A DNA stretch of 64,000 nt from Raja brachyura (taxonomy: Eukaryota). Below, in pieces: positions 53,971-64,000 of this stretch (positions are counted from its first letter, which is position 1; every line of letters starts with the position of its first letter). The position numbers and the translations under genes were made by a program. The notes beneath the pieces are model-generated. The model did no database searches and was not told the origin of the DNA. It worked only from the letters and a program-made list of their open reading frames with translations. The stretch covers positions 27,466,001 through 27,530,000 of the forward strand of contig OY740811.1 in assembly GCA_963514005.1 (NCBI GenBank), read 5' to 3'.

Positions 53971-55224
53971 TCCCTACAAGATCGTTGCTGGGGTTGACAG
54001 GGTGGGTGCAGGGATGATGCTCTTGGCCGGAATCTCCAGAACAGGAAATCAAAACCGAGGTGCGAATGTTTCTTAATGAATCTTTGGAATTCTCCACCCA
54101 AGGCCCCGTGGATCTCAGTTGCCGAGTATAGTCGAGGCAGAGAATGCTCATTGTTTTGTAATACGAAGGGACTCTGGGATGTGGGGTTAGTGCAAGAAAG
54201 TGGTGCCGAGCTAATGGTTCAAGCGCGATCATATTGAATGGCTGAACAGGCACAGGCGGCTTCCAGTTCTGAACCATCCAGGAATGCAGTGAGATTCCTG
54301 AATCACTCCAGCACACAGCTATTATGTGCGAATGGCAAACAAAACACAGATCCCACCAACCTACCCATCACGTTCTCCTGAAGAAGGGTTTCGGCCCGAA
54401 TCGTCGCCTATTTCCTTCGCTCCATAGATGCTGCTGCACCCGTTGAGTTTCTCCAACATTTTTGTCTCCCTTCGATTTTCCAGCATCTGGATCCTGACTC
54501 AGTCACCTCAGCACCCACAGAATCACAGTGGGAAGTGTTACCATTACCCCCACATATTCCCCACACAAGACCAATATATAGTTCACTTTCTTATGTGAGT
54601 TGTTTGACCTACATTTTTTTCCTCACCCCCCCCCCCCCCAGTATTTTGTATTTTTATATGAATTCCTTGTATATCCTTCCTATATCTTGTGTAAATATAC
54701 CATGGAATCTGTCCACATCGTTCTTCATTCTCTACATATTCACCAGCATCGGCCGTGCCTTGTTTCTCTCCGTGTTTTGCACTCTATGTCTGTTGCAGAG
54801 AACAAGTCCGAGCGCTCCGCTGCCGCTGGCGAACCACCAATTGATTGAAACTTCTCGCCTGCAGCCGCTGACAGACCGCGGCGAGTCACATGCTCTTTAT
54901 TAATTAACCAGCAAGTTGATAAACAAAGGCCGCTCCGGACGCGGGACATTCATGCAGATATCAGCAGCGTCAGTTTCGGAAAACTTCCCTTTATTTTCGT
55001 TCGTGAAATCTCTCCCATTGTAGATTTGAGGCTGTTCCCCGATCTCAGTTCACGTACTCAGCTTCTTATAAGAGTCTCGACTTGATTGTATTTATGTATA
55101 GTATTGACATTAGATTGGATCGCAGGCAAAACAAAGCTTTTCATTGTACTTCGGTACACGTGACAATAATAGACCCAAACCCAAATCAGATTCACTCCGA
55201 TAAAGTTGGATTCCTGCACACTGG

Positions 55225-55405
55225 ATGGATTTAAGAGAGTTGGATAAAGCTCTAGGGGCTAGTGGAGTCAAGGGATATGGGGAGAAGGCAGGCAGGCACG
55301 GGTTATTGATCGTGGACGACCAGCCATGATCACAATGAATGGCGGTGCTGGCTCGAAGGGCCGAGTGGCCTCCTCCTGCACCTATTTTCTATGTTTCTAT
55401 GTTTC
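55225..55405 (+). mobile_element. CR1 LINE 3' end
   Basis: ggctcgaagggccgagtggcctcctcctgcacctattttctatgtttctatgtttc. Confidence 0.8.
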
Positions 55406-55747
55406 ACACTGCTGGACTAAATTCGTCTGATACTTCTTTGGAGTTTGAAATATAGGAAGGGTGATCTTATCTAAATAACTTAGGGGTCATGGCTGGATGA
55501 ATGTTGAGTTCATTCTGCAAATGGGAAGGTCTTGAGCAAGGAGAGAAACATCGTTATGAGATGTACCTCATTACACGTGACAATGAACTAAGCTAAACTA
55601 AACTAAACTAAGATGGTGATCTCTGAAAACGGAGGCGTACAGGAACCTCTTGCATTTGAATCTCTGGGATTTGGAGCCCCAGAGGTTTGTGGAGATTATT
55701 GGAGAAGGTTGATAGATAATCGTTTTGAAGCACCAAAGAACTGACCA

Positions 55748-55977
55748 TAGACACTAAATGCTGGAGTAACTCAGCGGGTGAGGCAGCATCTCTGGATAGA
55801 AGGAATGGGCGACGTTTTCGGGTCGAGACCCTTCTTCACAGACGTTCTTCAGAGAAGGTCCCGACCCAAAACATCACCCATTCCTTCCCTCCAGAGATGC
55901 TGCCTCACCCGCAGAGTTACTCCAGCATTTTGTGTCTACCTTCGATATAAACCAGCATCTGTAGTTCTTTCTTACAC
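55748..55977 (+). mobile_element. Inverted PLE terminal-repeat pair plus tail (diverged)
   Basis: Arms at about 55748-55838 and 55851-55938, tail to 55977; same architecture as 15535-15767. Confidence 0.82.
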
Positions 55978-56665
55978 TAAGACTGAGGGCGATGTGAAAC
56001 TGGCATAGAACTGACATAGAAAATAAGATGAGGCCAAGGGCAGATCAGCACGATTATATTCAATGGAGGGGATTAAGGGGGAGGTCTGAGAGGCCTATTC
56101 CTGCTCCTATTTTTTTGTATTCTTGTGCGGGATGTTATGGTTGTGGCAGCACATAACCTTGAGTGACTGAGTGTGGTCACAAAGATTTTATTTGCCTGAA
56201 TTGTTGCAATAAGAAACACAAACCTGATCTTATACAGGTTTCCAAGATCAACTCTATCCTGAATTCTCCAAATTCACTGTTAAGCTAAGTGGCCATCTCC
56301 CAGATCAACATACCCAGTCATCAGACCACAGTTACATATTGCTTGCACGCCCAGAACTAGACTCACAACGCAGGCAGTCTGTTCCATGCCCTCTCACAGA
56401 TAGAGATGTCCAGGTGGACAGAGGAGAAGATTCAAGGAACGTGCTCAAAGCCTCCTGGAAAAGAAGAATCCCAAGACACTACCACCAAAGGAGGAGTGTT
56501 GAAGGAGTTATGAGTGCAGCACTGTTGAGGGTGTCTTGAGTCTCTAGTGGGGTGGTCTTTGTCAATTGAGTTAATGGGGAGGGCAGCAATACTGAAGGGT
56601 TGGCAAGTGCAGCAGCATTGAAGTAGGAGCAGGTTTAGCCATGCAAAAGCAACATAATACATTGG

Positions 56666-56761
56666 GGGTTACACAAAAAGCTGGAGAAACTCAGCGGGTG
56701 CAGCAGCATCTAAGGAGCGAAGGAGATAGGCGACGTTTCGGGTCGAGACCCTTCTTCAGAC
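56666..56761 (-). mobile_element. 96-bp solo PLE-derived hammerhead element with a 10-bp TSD; intact core at 56732-56759
   Basis: Identical to 15535-15630; tacattgggg at 56658-56667 and 56765-56774. Confidence 0.9.
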
Positions 56762-57689
56762 CAGTACATTGGGGAATTGATGCAGCTGTGAATGTCAGCA
56801 GTACTGAGCAACTGCAACATTTTGGATGGAGCAGCAAGGGCAGCAATACTGAGTGAGTAGTGGCCGCAGTAGAATCAATGAAGATGTAATATTGCAAAGA
56901 ATTGGAAGCAGGCGAGTAGCAGTATTGAGGGGCCAGACTGTCCTGAGATCTGGGTCTCAGTGATGATTAAGCAATGAGTAGAAAGCTTTGAAGAAGCAAC
57001 AGTGTTGAGAGGGCGAGGAGAGCAGCAGGTGTGAGAAAGTACCCAGAACCACAGAGCTGATGGATGAACGAGTGTAACAGTACATTTTGGAAGAAACTGC
57101 AGATGCTGGAAAATCGAAGGTAGACAAAAATGCTGGAGAAACTTAGCGGGTGAGGCAGCATCTATGGAACGAAGGAAATAGGCAACGCTTCGGGCCGAAA
57201 CCCTTCTTCAGTTGTGAATGCTGCAAGAGTGAGCAGTGTAAAATGAGTGCTTGCACTGGGACTGAGAATGTGACATAACAGTGAACCCTCAATACTGCTG
57301 CACTCACAACATGCTCACACGGTATCACTTGCTGCTCCCATAATAATCCTGCAGTCAATGCTATCCCAGTACCATTGCACTTCATTCTCCACACCACTCA
57401 TTCTTCCCAAGTGCAGCGCTCCCTCCTCACTGCTACTGCAGTGCAGTGGGAGTTGTGGGTGCAGCAATATGGGAGGAGCGTGTTGCACGTAGTCTGGGAA
57501 TGAGGCAGCAATAGAAGGTCTGCACTGCCACATTGCTGCCTTACAAGGTGACGGTCCCAGCATTATATACAATAATTCACTCAAACTCTTCATTCTGGGC
57601 TTCTTTTAAAAAAATTCTAAGCTGAGCTGAATATGGCCATAATGTTCCAAACACCTACATGTCAGGGATGATGGCTGAGCAATATAATT

Positions 57690-59400
57690 TTGCCAATATT
57701 ACACCCTTGCTGAAAACAAATCAGTACAAATTGACCAGTCAGTTTAACCTTGGTGGTGGATAATGTTCTGGAAACAATAATCAGGGACAGAATTTGCCGC
57801 CACTCAAGTAAGTGTGGATTGATAAAGTAATCTAGCAAGGATGTGTTTAGGCCAATCAAGTTTAATTAACTTAATGGTGTTTTTTTTGTTGTAGTAATAG
57901 AGAGAATAGATGAGGGAAGTATTGCTGGGCTGGTGTTTGGATGTTAATAAAGTGCTACACAATGAACTCGTCGTCAAGATTAAAGTTCATATAATGAAAA
58001 GGACAGTAGCAGCATGGATAGAGAATTGACTCTGTGACAGGAAACACAGCGGCAGTAAACGACTGCTTTTTGGACTGGGAAGAAATGTACAGTTGGGTTC
58101 TCAGAGTCATCCAGCAGGGAAACAGGCTCTTCGGCCCAACTCGTCCGTGCCGACCAAGATTCCCCATCTAAGCTAATTTGACGCTGTTTCTCCAGAGGTC
58201 GGTAAAAGGGCCGTGTCTTTTCTGAATGTATCATAAAGATTTTGTTACTATCTACAAATTTTCAAATGAGACAAAACCCGTGGGCAAAGGAGACAGTGAG
58301 GAGGATAGCAGTAGGCTTCAGGGAAATGTGAAGAGGCAGGTAGAACAGATGGACGTGGCAGATGAAGCTTAATGCTGAGAAATGTGAAGTGTTATATTTG
58401 GATGGGAAGAACGAGAAGAAAGGATAACAAAGTGGAGGTTGCAATTGTTAAAAGGATATCAAAACCCAGGGATCTGTGGATACATGTGTGTGGAAACACA
58501 AGGAACTGCAGGTGCTGGTTTTGAAAATAACACAATGTGCTGGAATAACTCAGCGGGTCAGGCAGCATCTCTGGAGGGCATGCATAGAGACATTTTGGGT
58601 CAGGACTCTTTTGCAGACTGCTAGTAGGAGCGGGTAGTGATCTGGAAAAGTGATGGGGCAAGACATGTGGATGGTTTGTTGAAAGAGCAGGACGGGTTGC
58701 AAAGTTATGATGATATTTTATGAAACTGGTTTATCCACAATACAGTAATGGGTGCTGTGCTTTAGAAATATGGGAAGGATTTAGAGACAGGGTTGTACAG
58801 CCAGAAGCGGGCTATCGGGCACATTGGACCCACGCTGATCAACAAGCACCTGGATACACTAATCCTATGCAGACCCCAGTTTATTTGGCCTGCATCCACC
58901 TAGATTTCATCCTTCACACAAGGCAGACACCAGTGCACAAGGGCAAGTAACCTACAATCCGGGGGCAACACATGCAGACTTTGTACGTTGCACCGGAGGT
59001 CAGGATTGAACCCACAACTCTGACTCTGGAGGCAGCTGTTTCCACAAGGTGCGGATGTCAAGAAGGGGCTTCCTGATTCCAGTGATGAGGGACTTTAATA
59101 ATGGTGATAGGCAGGGTTCTCGAGATACAACAGACACAATATTCATAATACAACAGAGGAGTTTGTATCATCGATACAACTGTGAAGTATGCAGGCACAG
59201 TAGATAGAAATAAACTAATCCCATTAGCGGAGAGGTCAAACTAAGGGTCAGGGAATAAAGATGATTGGCAAAAGAACCAAAAAGGACATGGGGAGAAACC
59301 TTTCCATGCAACAAGTGTTTTGGTTCGGGATTGTGCTGCCCAGGGGAGTAGCAGTCTGGTTCAGTTACAGTGCCCACATGTGAGCTGGATACATGTTTGT
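57690..59400 (+). mobile_element. Fragmented old CR1 ORF2 interrupted by SINE and PLE-derived inserts
   Basis: Remnants of N.RPVSLT.VV..LETIIRD, WQMKLNAEKCEVL.FG and YSNGCCA/DMGRNL..Q; inserts near 58105-58180, 58495-58620 and 58790-59050. Confidence 0.6.
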
Positions 59401-59707
59401 AAAGAAAGAATGAGCAGAACTGCCAGGAGAGTGCCACAGCCTGGGACTAGCTGGTCCGCTCTAATGCAGAGTCAACATGGAGTTGATGGGATGAATAGGA
59501 CTCCATCATCCTGTGGTTCCACTGAGAAAGTGGTGGGTGCAACAGTATGGAGAGCATGGTGAATATATCTGCCCTGGGAGGGTACTGGCAGGTGACAATC
59601 ACATTGGTGCTCCAGGAGTCCCGCTCAGCCCTGGTCTGCCTGGTGCTGGAATGTAGGATTAACCCAGCCACCCCTTCTTTGACCGGCACCGACTCGATGG
59701 GTGAATT

Positions 59708-59902
59708 CAAAATGTTGGAGGACCTCAATGGCTCAGGCAGCATCTGTGGTGGGAATGGGCAGACAACGTTTGGGTCCGAGACTCTTCTTCAGAATTGAAA
59801 TGTCATCTGTCCATTTCTTCAACGGGGATGCTGCCTGGCCCGCTGAGTTCCTCCAGAGCTCTTGTGCTTTGCTGAAGATTCCAGCATCTGCAGTTCCTTG
59901 TA
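59708..59902. mobile_element. Older inverted pair of PLE-derived elements with tail
   Basis: ggaggacctcaatggctcaggcagcatc...tcttcttcagaattgaaatgtc...gatgctgcctggcccgctgagttcctccag...cagcatctgcagttccttg. Confidence 0.7.
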
Positions 59903-61749
59903 TTTCGGTGGGCTGTTTGGATTATATTATTCCGATACTATGGAGCAGTGATGAGCGTGCAGTGAGGTGGCGGGGCTGTAAGTGGAGCAATGCGGAGATG
60001 CCAATGAGATGAGAACATGACCATGGAGATTACAACAGGTAGTGCAGTAGTATTGAGGGAAGAGTGAATGCAAGAAATCTGAACGAGCAGTCAGTGCAGC
60101 GGGGAGAGGTGAGGTGAAAGCGGCGGGGAGAGGTCAAAGGATACAGGAGTGCAGCAATATAAAGAGAACATTTAGGCAGAAGTGCATTTAGCTAAAATAA
60201 AGAGCATGAGAGAGAGTAGCGTCGTTTGTCATCGCAGAAGGATGTTCTCCGGACACACACGCCAGTCATATTAAGCTTACCAACGGCGATTCTATCCTAT
60301 ACTTGTAATATTTTATGTCGCGCATCATTTAAGGACCCTCCGTCTTATCCCACCCTTCACGACCCTTCTCTGATTCAAGGCAGACACCAGTCGGATGTGC
60401 AACTGGCGCGGTCCCTGCACTTCACGCAGCCGGCCCGGATCCACAACTGCTGGGCTATCTCCCAGACACGAGGAACTGCAGATGCTGGAATGTTGGGCAA
60501 AACACAAAGTGCGGGAGGAACTCTGCTTGTCATGTAGCATCTGTAGAGTCTGAAGAAGGGCCCAGTCAGAAAGGTGGTCTATCCATTCCCTCCACAGATG
60601 CTGCCTGTTGACGGCGAAGTTCCTCCAGTGCTTTGTGTTTTGAATGGACTCCCTTTTGTTATATATAATGTGCTCAATCGCTCGTCAAACGCTTGGTTGG
60701 ACTGGAGGCGCTGTTTTCCAAGGCCCAGGCCAAGGTGGGAAGCTCAAATCCTAACCCCGCGGGACAGCGAGGACCAATCTGCTGAACCCATCCTCACGAA
60801 CTGATAGGATCCTGTCCCGTGGACAATGACATTCGAGTTTCCAAACATTGTAACCGAGGCACGTACCCGCTGCAATTGCGGATTAGTCTCTGTGCAGGAT
60901 CGTTCGCCTTAGCAACATCGAAAGACGAAACAATCATGAAAGGATAAATTACAGAGAGAGGCCACTCGGCTCATCGTGGATGTCCCAGCTGGGAAAGACC
61001 TGTCCAATTGCCACCCGCGCCGACCCTGTCCCCGCAACCAAACGACGTTCTCCATTTCGCAAAGTTACCCGTTTATTTCGCAGACGTCTAGAATGTGTTC
61101 TGTGGGGCTTCAGCTGCTTGAACTGTGACCCAGGAGATGGGTCGGACACGGCTCTCTCTCTCCTAGTAATCGGTGGAAACCGAGTGCACTGACGGCTCCA
61201 GGAGTGGAATGATACACATCTATTTAGCCCAAAGCTGTTTACAGGTTGCGCCACGGTTTAGCCCGGTGGCGGTTTTCTTTGAATGGATTTACTCGGTATT
61301 AAGCGCAAGGCCCTGGCGGTGGATACACTCCCACGAAGCGTCAATGATCACAGCAGTGACAATGTTCACAGATTTGAGGTTACGGAGCCACATTTCTCGT
61401 TTTTGTTTTCACGTCTAAGGGGGATCTGGATTGGTAAATACCAAAGGCGTTATCGGAGACAACTCTGATAGAGCCTTGAATGCCTGCAATGCACTGAACT
61501 GCGTGGGCGCACTGAGGGTCGTCAAGAGGGAACGAGGCCTCCTTAGCCTCTGCCCAACGACCCACAACCATCCATCCCCCATCAACGTCCACAGTGACAA
61601 GATCACACCTATGCACTAATGTACACGTCTTCTCATCAACATATACAGGCACAACGACGGACATTCACAAATCCACAGCTGATAGCCTCTTCTCTTGTTA
61701 GACTGTCCCTAAGAGTTGGGCAAGACTTGTTCCCACTATAGAACTGTGG

Positions 61750-63150
61750 GTTCTTCACGAGGACAGACTCTGCCACAGATGGGGCAGGAGATGTTCGGTG
61801 CGGTTTGGTGGGGCAGGTGAGGGGTAGTTTGGGAGACTCGTCATTCACGCTGCCATGTGTGTGCTCCTGGTTTAAGGACTCGTGGTTTGTTAATGCAACT
61901 CCAGACGCTCCACCTCGATTTTCATTGATCATGGGACAGAATCCCATCAGACAATGAGAATGGTAACCTTTTTCCAAGGAGGTTTGGAGAGTAGCATGGA
62001 ATCTGTCCTTCCGTCCATTAGTATTCCCTTGCAATAGAGAAACAGCTGTGGGAGTTTGGTGTCAGACATACCAACAATATGGTTAGTCCTTTGGAGTGTT
62101 TAATGCCCTTTAGATGTGGGCGCTGGCTCAAATAAGCAAATAGTCTCAGAGAATGTTGCACAAACAGCATGGATGGTATCCCCCCCAGTGGTTTGAGATG
62201 CCTGCTGTTAATAGTCCATGTTTCAGAAATATGGGCAGGGATCGCTGCTACACTGTAGGGTGTGAACTCTGTATTGGCCTTGCAGTAAGGATCTTCTCAA
62301 AACTCCAAGGGCTGTACAGATGAATTGGGTGTACTGATGGCATTCATAATCAGTGTTTGTCTTCATTGAGGAATGAATCCCAAGACATGGCAAGAAGTTA
62401 GCATTTCCGGGGCTTCATGGTGGATGTTTATTGTTGGAGGGGGGTAGATTGGTTGAAGTGATTTGTTTTGCAGATGCTCTTGCTTGCTTCATTGAATGGG
62501 TTGACAATGATTGGAGCACAGCAGATGACCATTGGGAATTACATATGTTATCTGTGTACCACATCGGGTTGGGCCAATGTTGGGTGACTTTGATTCAGCA
62601 GTGAAGTGTCTTTGGTTGAGCAGTTCCCCATTAGTCCTATCAGTTCGCCTGTACTGCAGCATCAGACATGCTGGAAGTAACTTGCAACACTGTCCTGAGA
62701 AAGACAGGGCAATTACTGGGGCGATTACCTGCTTTGCTTGAGCTCAGCTGCGCTAAGGTGGGGGCCTGATGTGGACCTGGAGGTTAAAATCTTCTTGAAC
62801 CCAACGTAAGATGAAGATGCATTTCTGCTGACAGCCACATTTGTGAGTGAGTTCAGTTTCCAGTTGATGGAGTAAAAGGCACTTGTGACGTCAAAAACAG
62901 GCTACGTTTAGTACTTGTTGCTGCTCCCCGCACTTATCCTGGAGCTGATGTCTGTTTTTTCCTGTGCATCTAAGTGGTCAGAATTCACACTGTGATGGGG
63001 GGAACTGTCTCGGCCAGTGAGATGAGGTGGTGGAGCTGGATTATGTCAGTTGCCCTTCTCAGTGATGGGTTTCCAGGAGAGCATCCATTGGGCATCTCCT
63101 CTCTTAAAGAGGTTCATGAGAAGTCCTTGGACACATTTTTCTTTCCCAAA
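61750..63150 (-). mobile_element. Ancient RTE-clade LINE RT and C-terminus, heavily decayed
   Basis: Minus-strand remnants QLQDKCGEQQQ...FDVTSAFYSIN, VIAP, RTNGELLN, LG.....K...DYE and GRKDRFHATLQTSL, corresponding to RTE motifs RQLQEKCREQ..FIDLTKAFD, YRTDG.LFN and QKKRFKDTLK.SL. Confidence 0.65.
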
Positions 63151-63289
63151 TACAGGTGAGGACATATAAAAACCACAACACAAAAAAAAATGCTGAAAGT
63201 CCCAAGGACTTCACCAGGTACCCATCTTAGACAGTACCTTACAGATAATGTGGTGACCCTCGACCAACCGGAACTGCAGCGTATTTAGA

Positions 63290-63760
63290 TCATCTGAAAT
63301 GCACTGAATTCCAGCATATTTAGCACATGTGAAGATTCCTAGTCCCTCTTCCACCAGAAACGTGTTTGATAAAGACTATCAAAAGATCCAGGAGCTGATT
63401 CCGTTGCAATCTCCAGCTCCATGAAAACGTAGCAGGCAACTGAAGATAGAGGTAAAACAGAAAACCCACAACCGGAGAGCAGACAGTGAGTGGCATAGCC
63501 ATGACAGCCATCAATGCATTGGTAAATATGCCATGTAGGCATATAATCCTTCAGGATTGTCAAGGCCAGCGATGGCCCAAACATCTATGATGACCTTTCT
63601 CATGGATATGAATGAAGGTGAATTTATCAAGGCTAGAGAGGGAGTTCGTCATGTGTTTGAAGGCACACTCAGGCAACCCCTCAACTGTGTCTGTTCCATC
63701 TGAACAGAGCATCTTTGACTCCATCCTACAGCGATCAGATCATCTCACCGCTGTTCAAAC
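63290..63760 (+). mobile_element. RTE LINE endonuclease-RT linker fragment, inverted relative to 61750-63150
   Basis: FDKDYQKIQELI...LKIEVKQKT...IVKASDGP...GEFIKAREGV...SIFDSILQR resembles RTE WFDEND.EIQ.L...K..YGP...LI.D...LDSIPQ. Confidence 0.55.
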
Positions 63761-63869
63761 TGACAAGAAATCAAGGGACACACATGGCAATTTATACACA
63801 CCAAGCTGCAAGAGTAGATGGTATAGTATTATATTCACATTGAGAGGAATAGAAGTTACTCATGTACAC

Positions 63870-63990
63870 ACAGTTACTGACACACGCAGTCACTGACACA
63901 CACACACTGACTCACACAACACTAACACACACAGTCACCTACACACACTGACTCACCGCACTAACACACACAGTCACCTACACACACGCG
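63870..63990. repeat. CA-rich tandem/low-complexity repeat
   Basis: acacactgactcac...cactaacacacacagtcacct duplicated. Confidence 0.8.
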
Positions 63991-64000
63991 CGCTGAAACA

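Noticed and set aside
61636-62034. 132-aa ORF as a host exon or nested gene
   Set aside because: Its start matches the decayed RTE C-terminus; the rest has no recognisable domain.

Overview
Eukaryotic vertebrate DNA, very probably from a cartilaginous fish (skate/ray-like, judged from HE1/V-SINE and elasmobranch-type CR1 repeats). The only host coding exon I can support is the 203-bp homeodomain exon of pax7 (equivalent to exon 5) on the minus strand at 7241-7443. About 56.5 kb upstream (7444-64000) is its long intron and 1-7240 is the next intron; no other pax7 exon was found. The introns contain CR1, Rex1/Babar, RTE and Penelope-like (PLE, GIY-YIG) retroelement fragments, SINEs, minisatellites and several repeat-free blocks rich in transcription-factor motifs that look like developmental enhancers. 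The most striking signal is a dispersed family (roughly 25-30 copies) of 95-240 bp non-coding elements derived from the PLE terminal repeat. They carry a minimal hammerhead-ribozyme core, CUGAAGA-A-GGGUCUCGACCC-GAAACGUC. Young copies have target-site duplications and occur as about 96-nt solo inserts or as perfect inverted pairs plus a 37-nt tail. Two intact cores lie on the pax7 pre-mRNA strand. Most ORF-track entries are spurious. Boundaries of degraded repeats are approximate and were read by eye.
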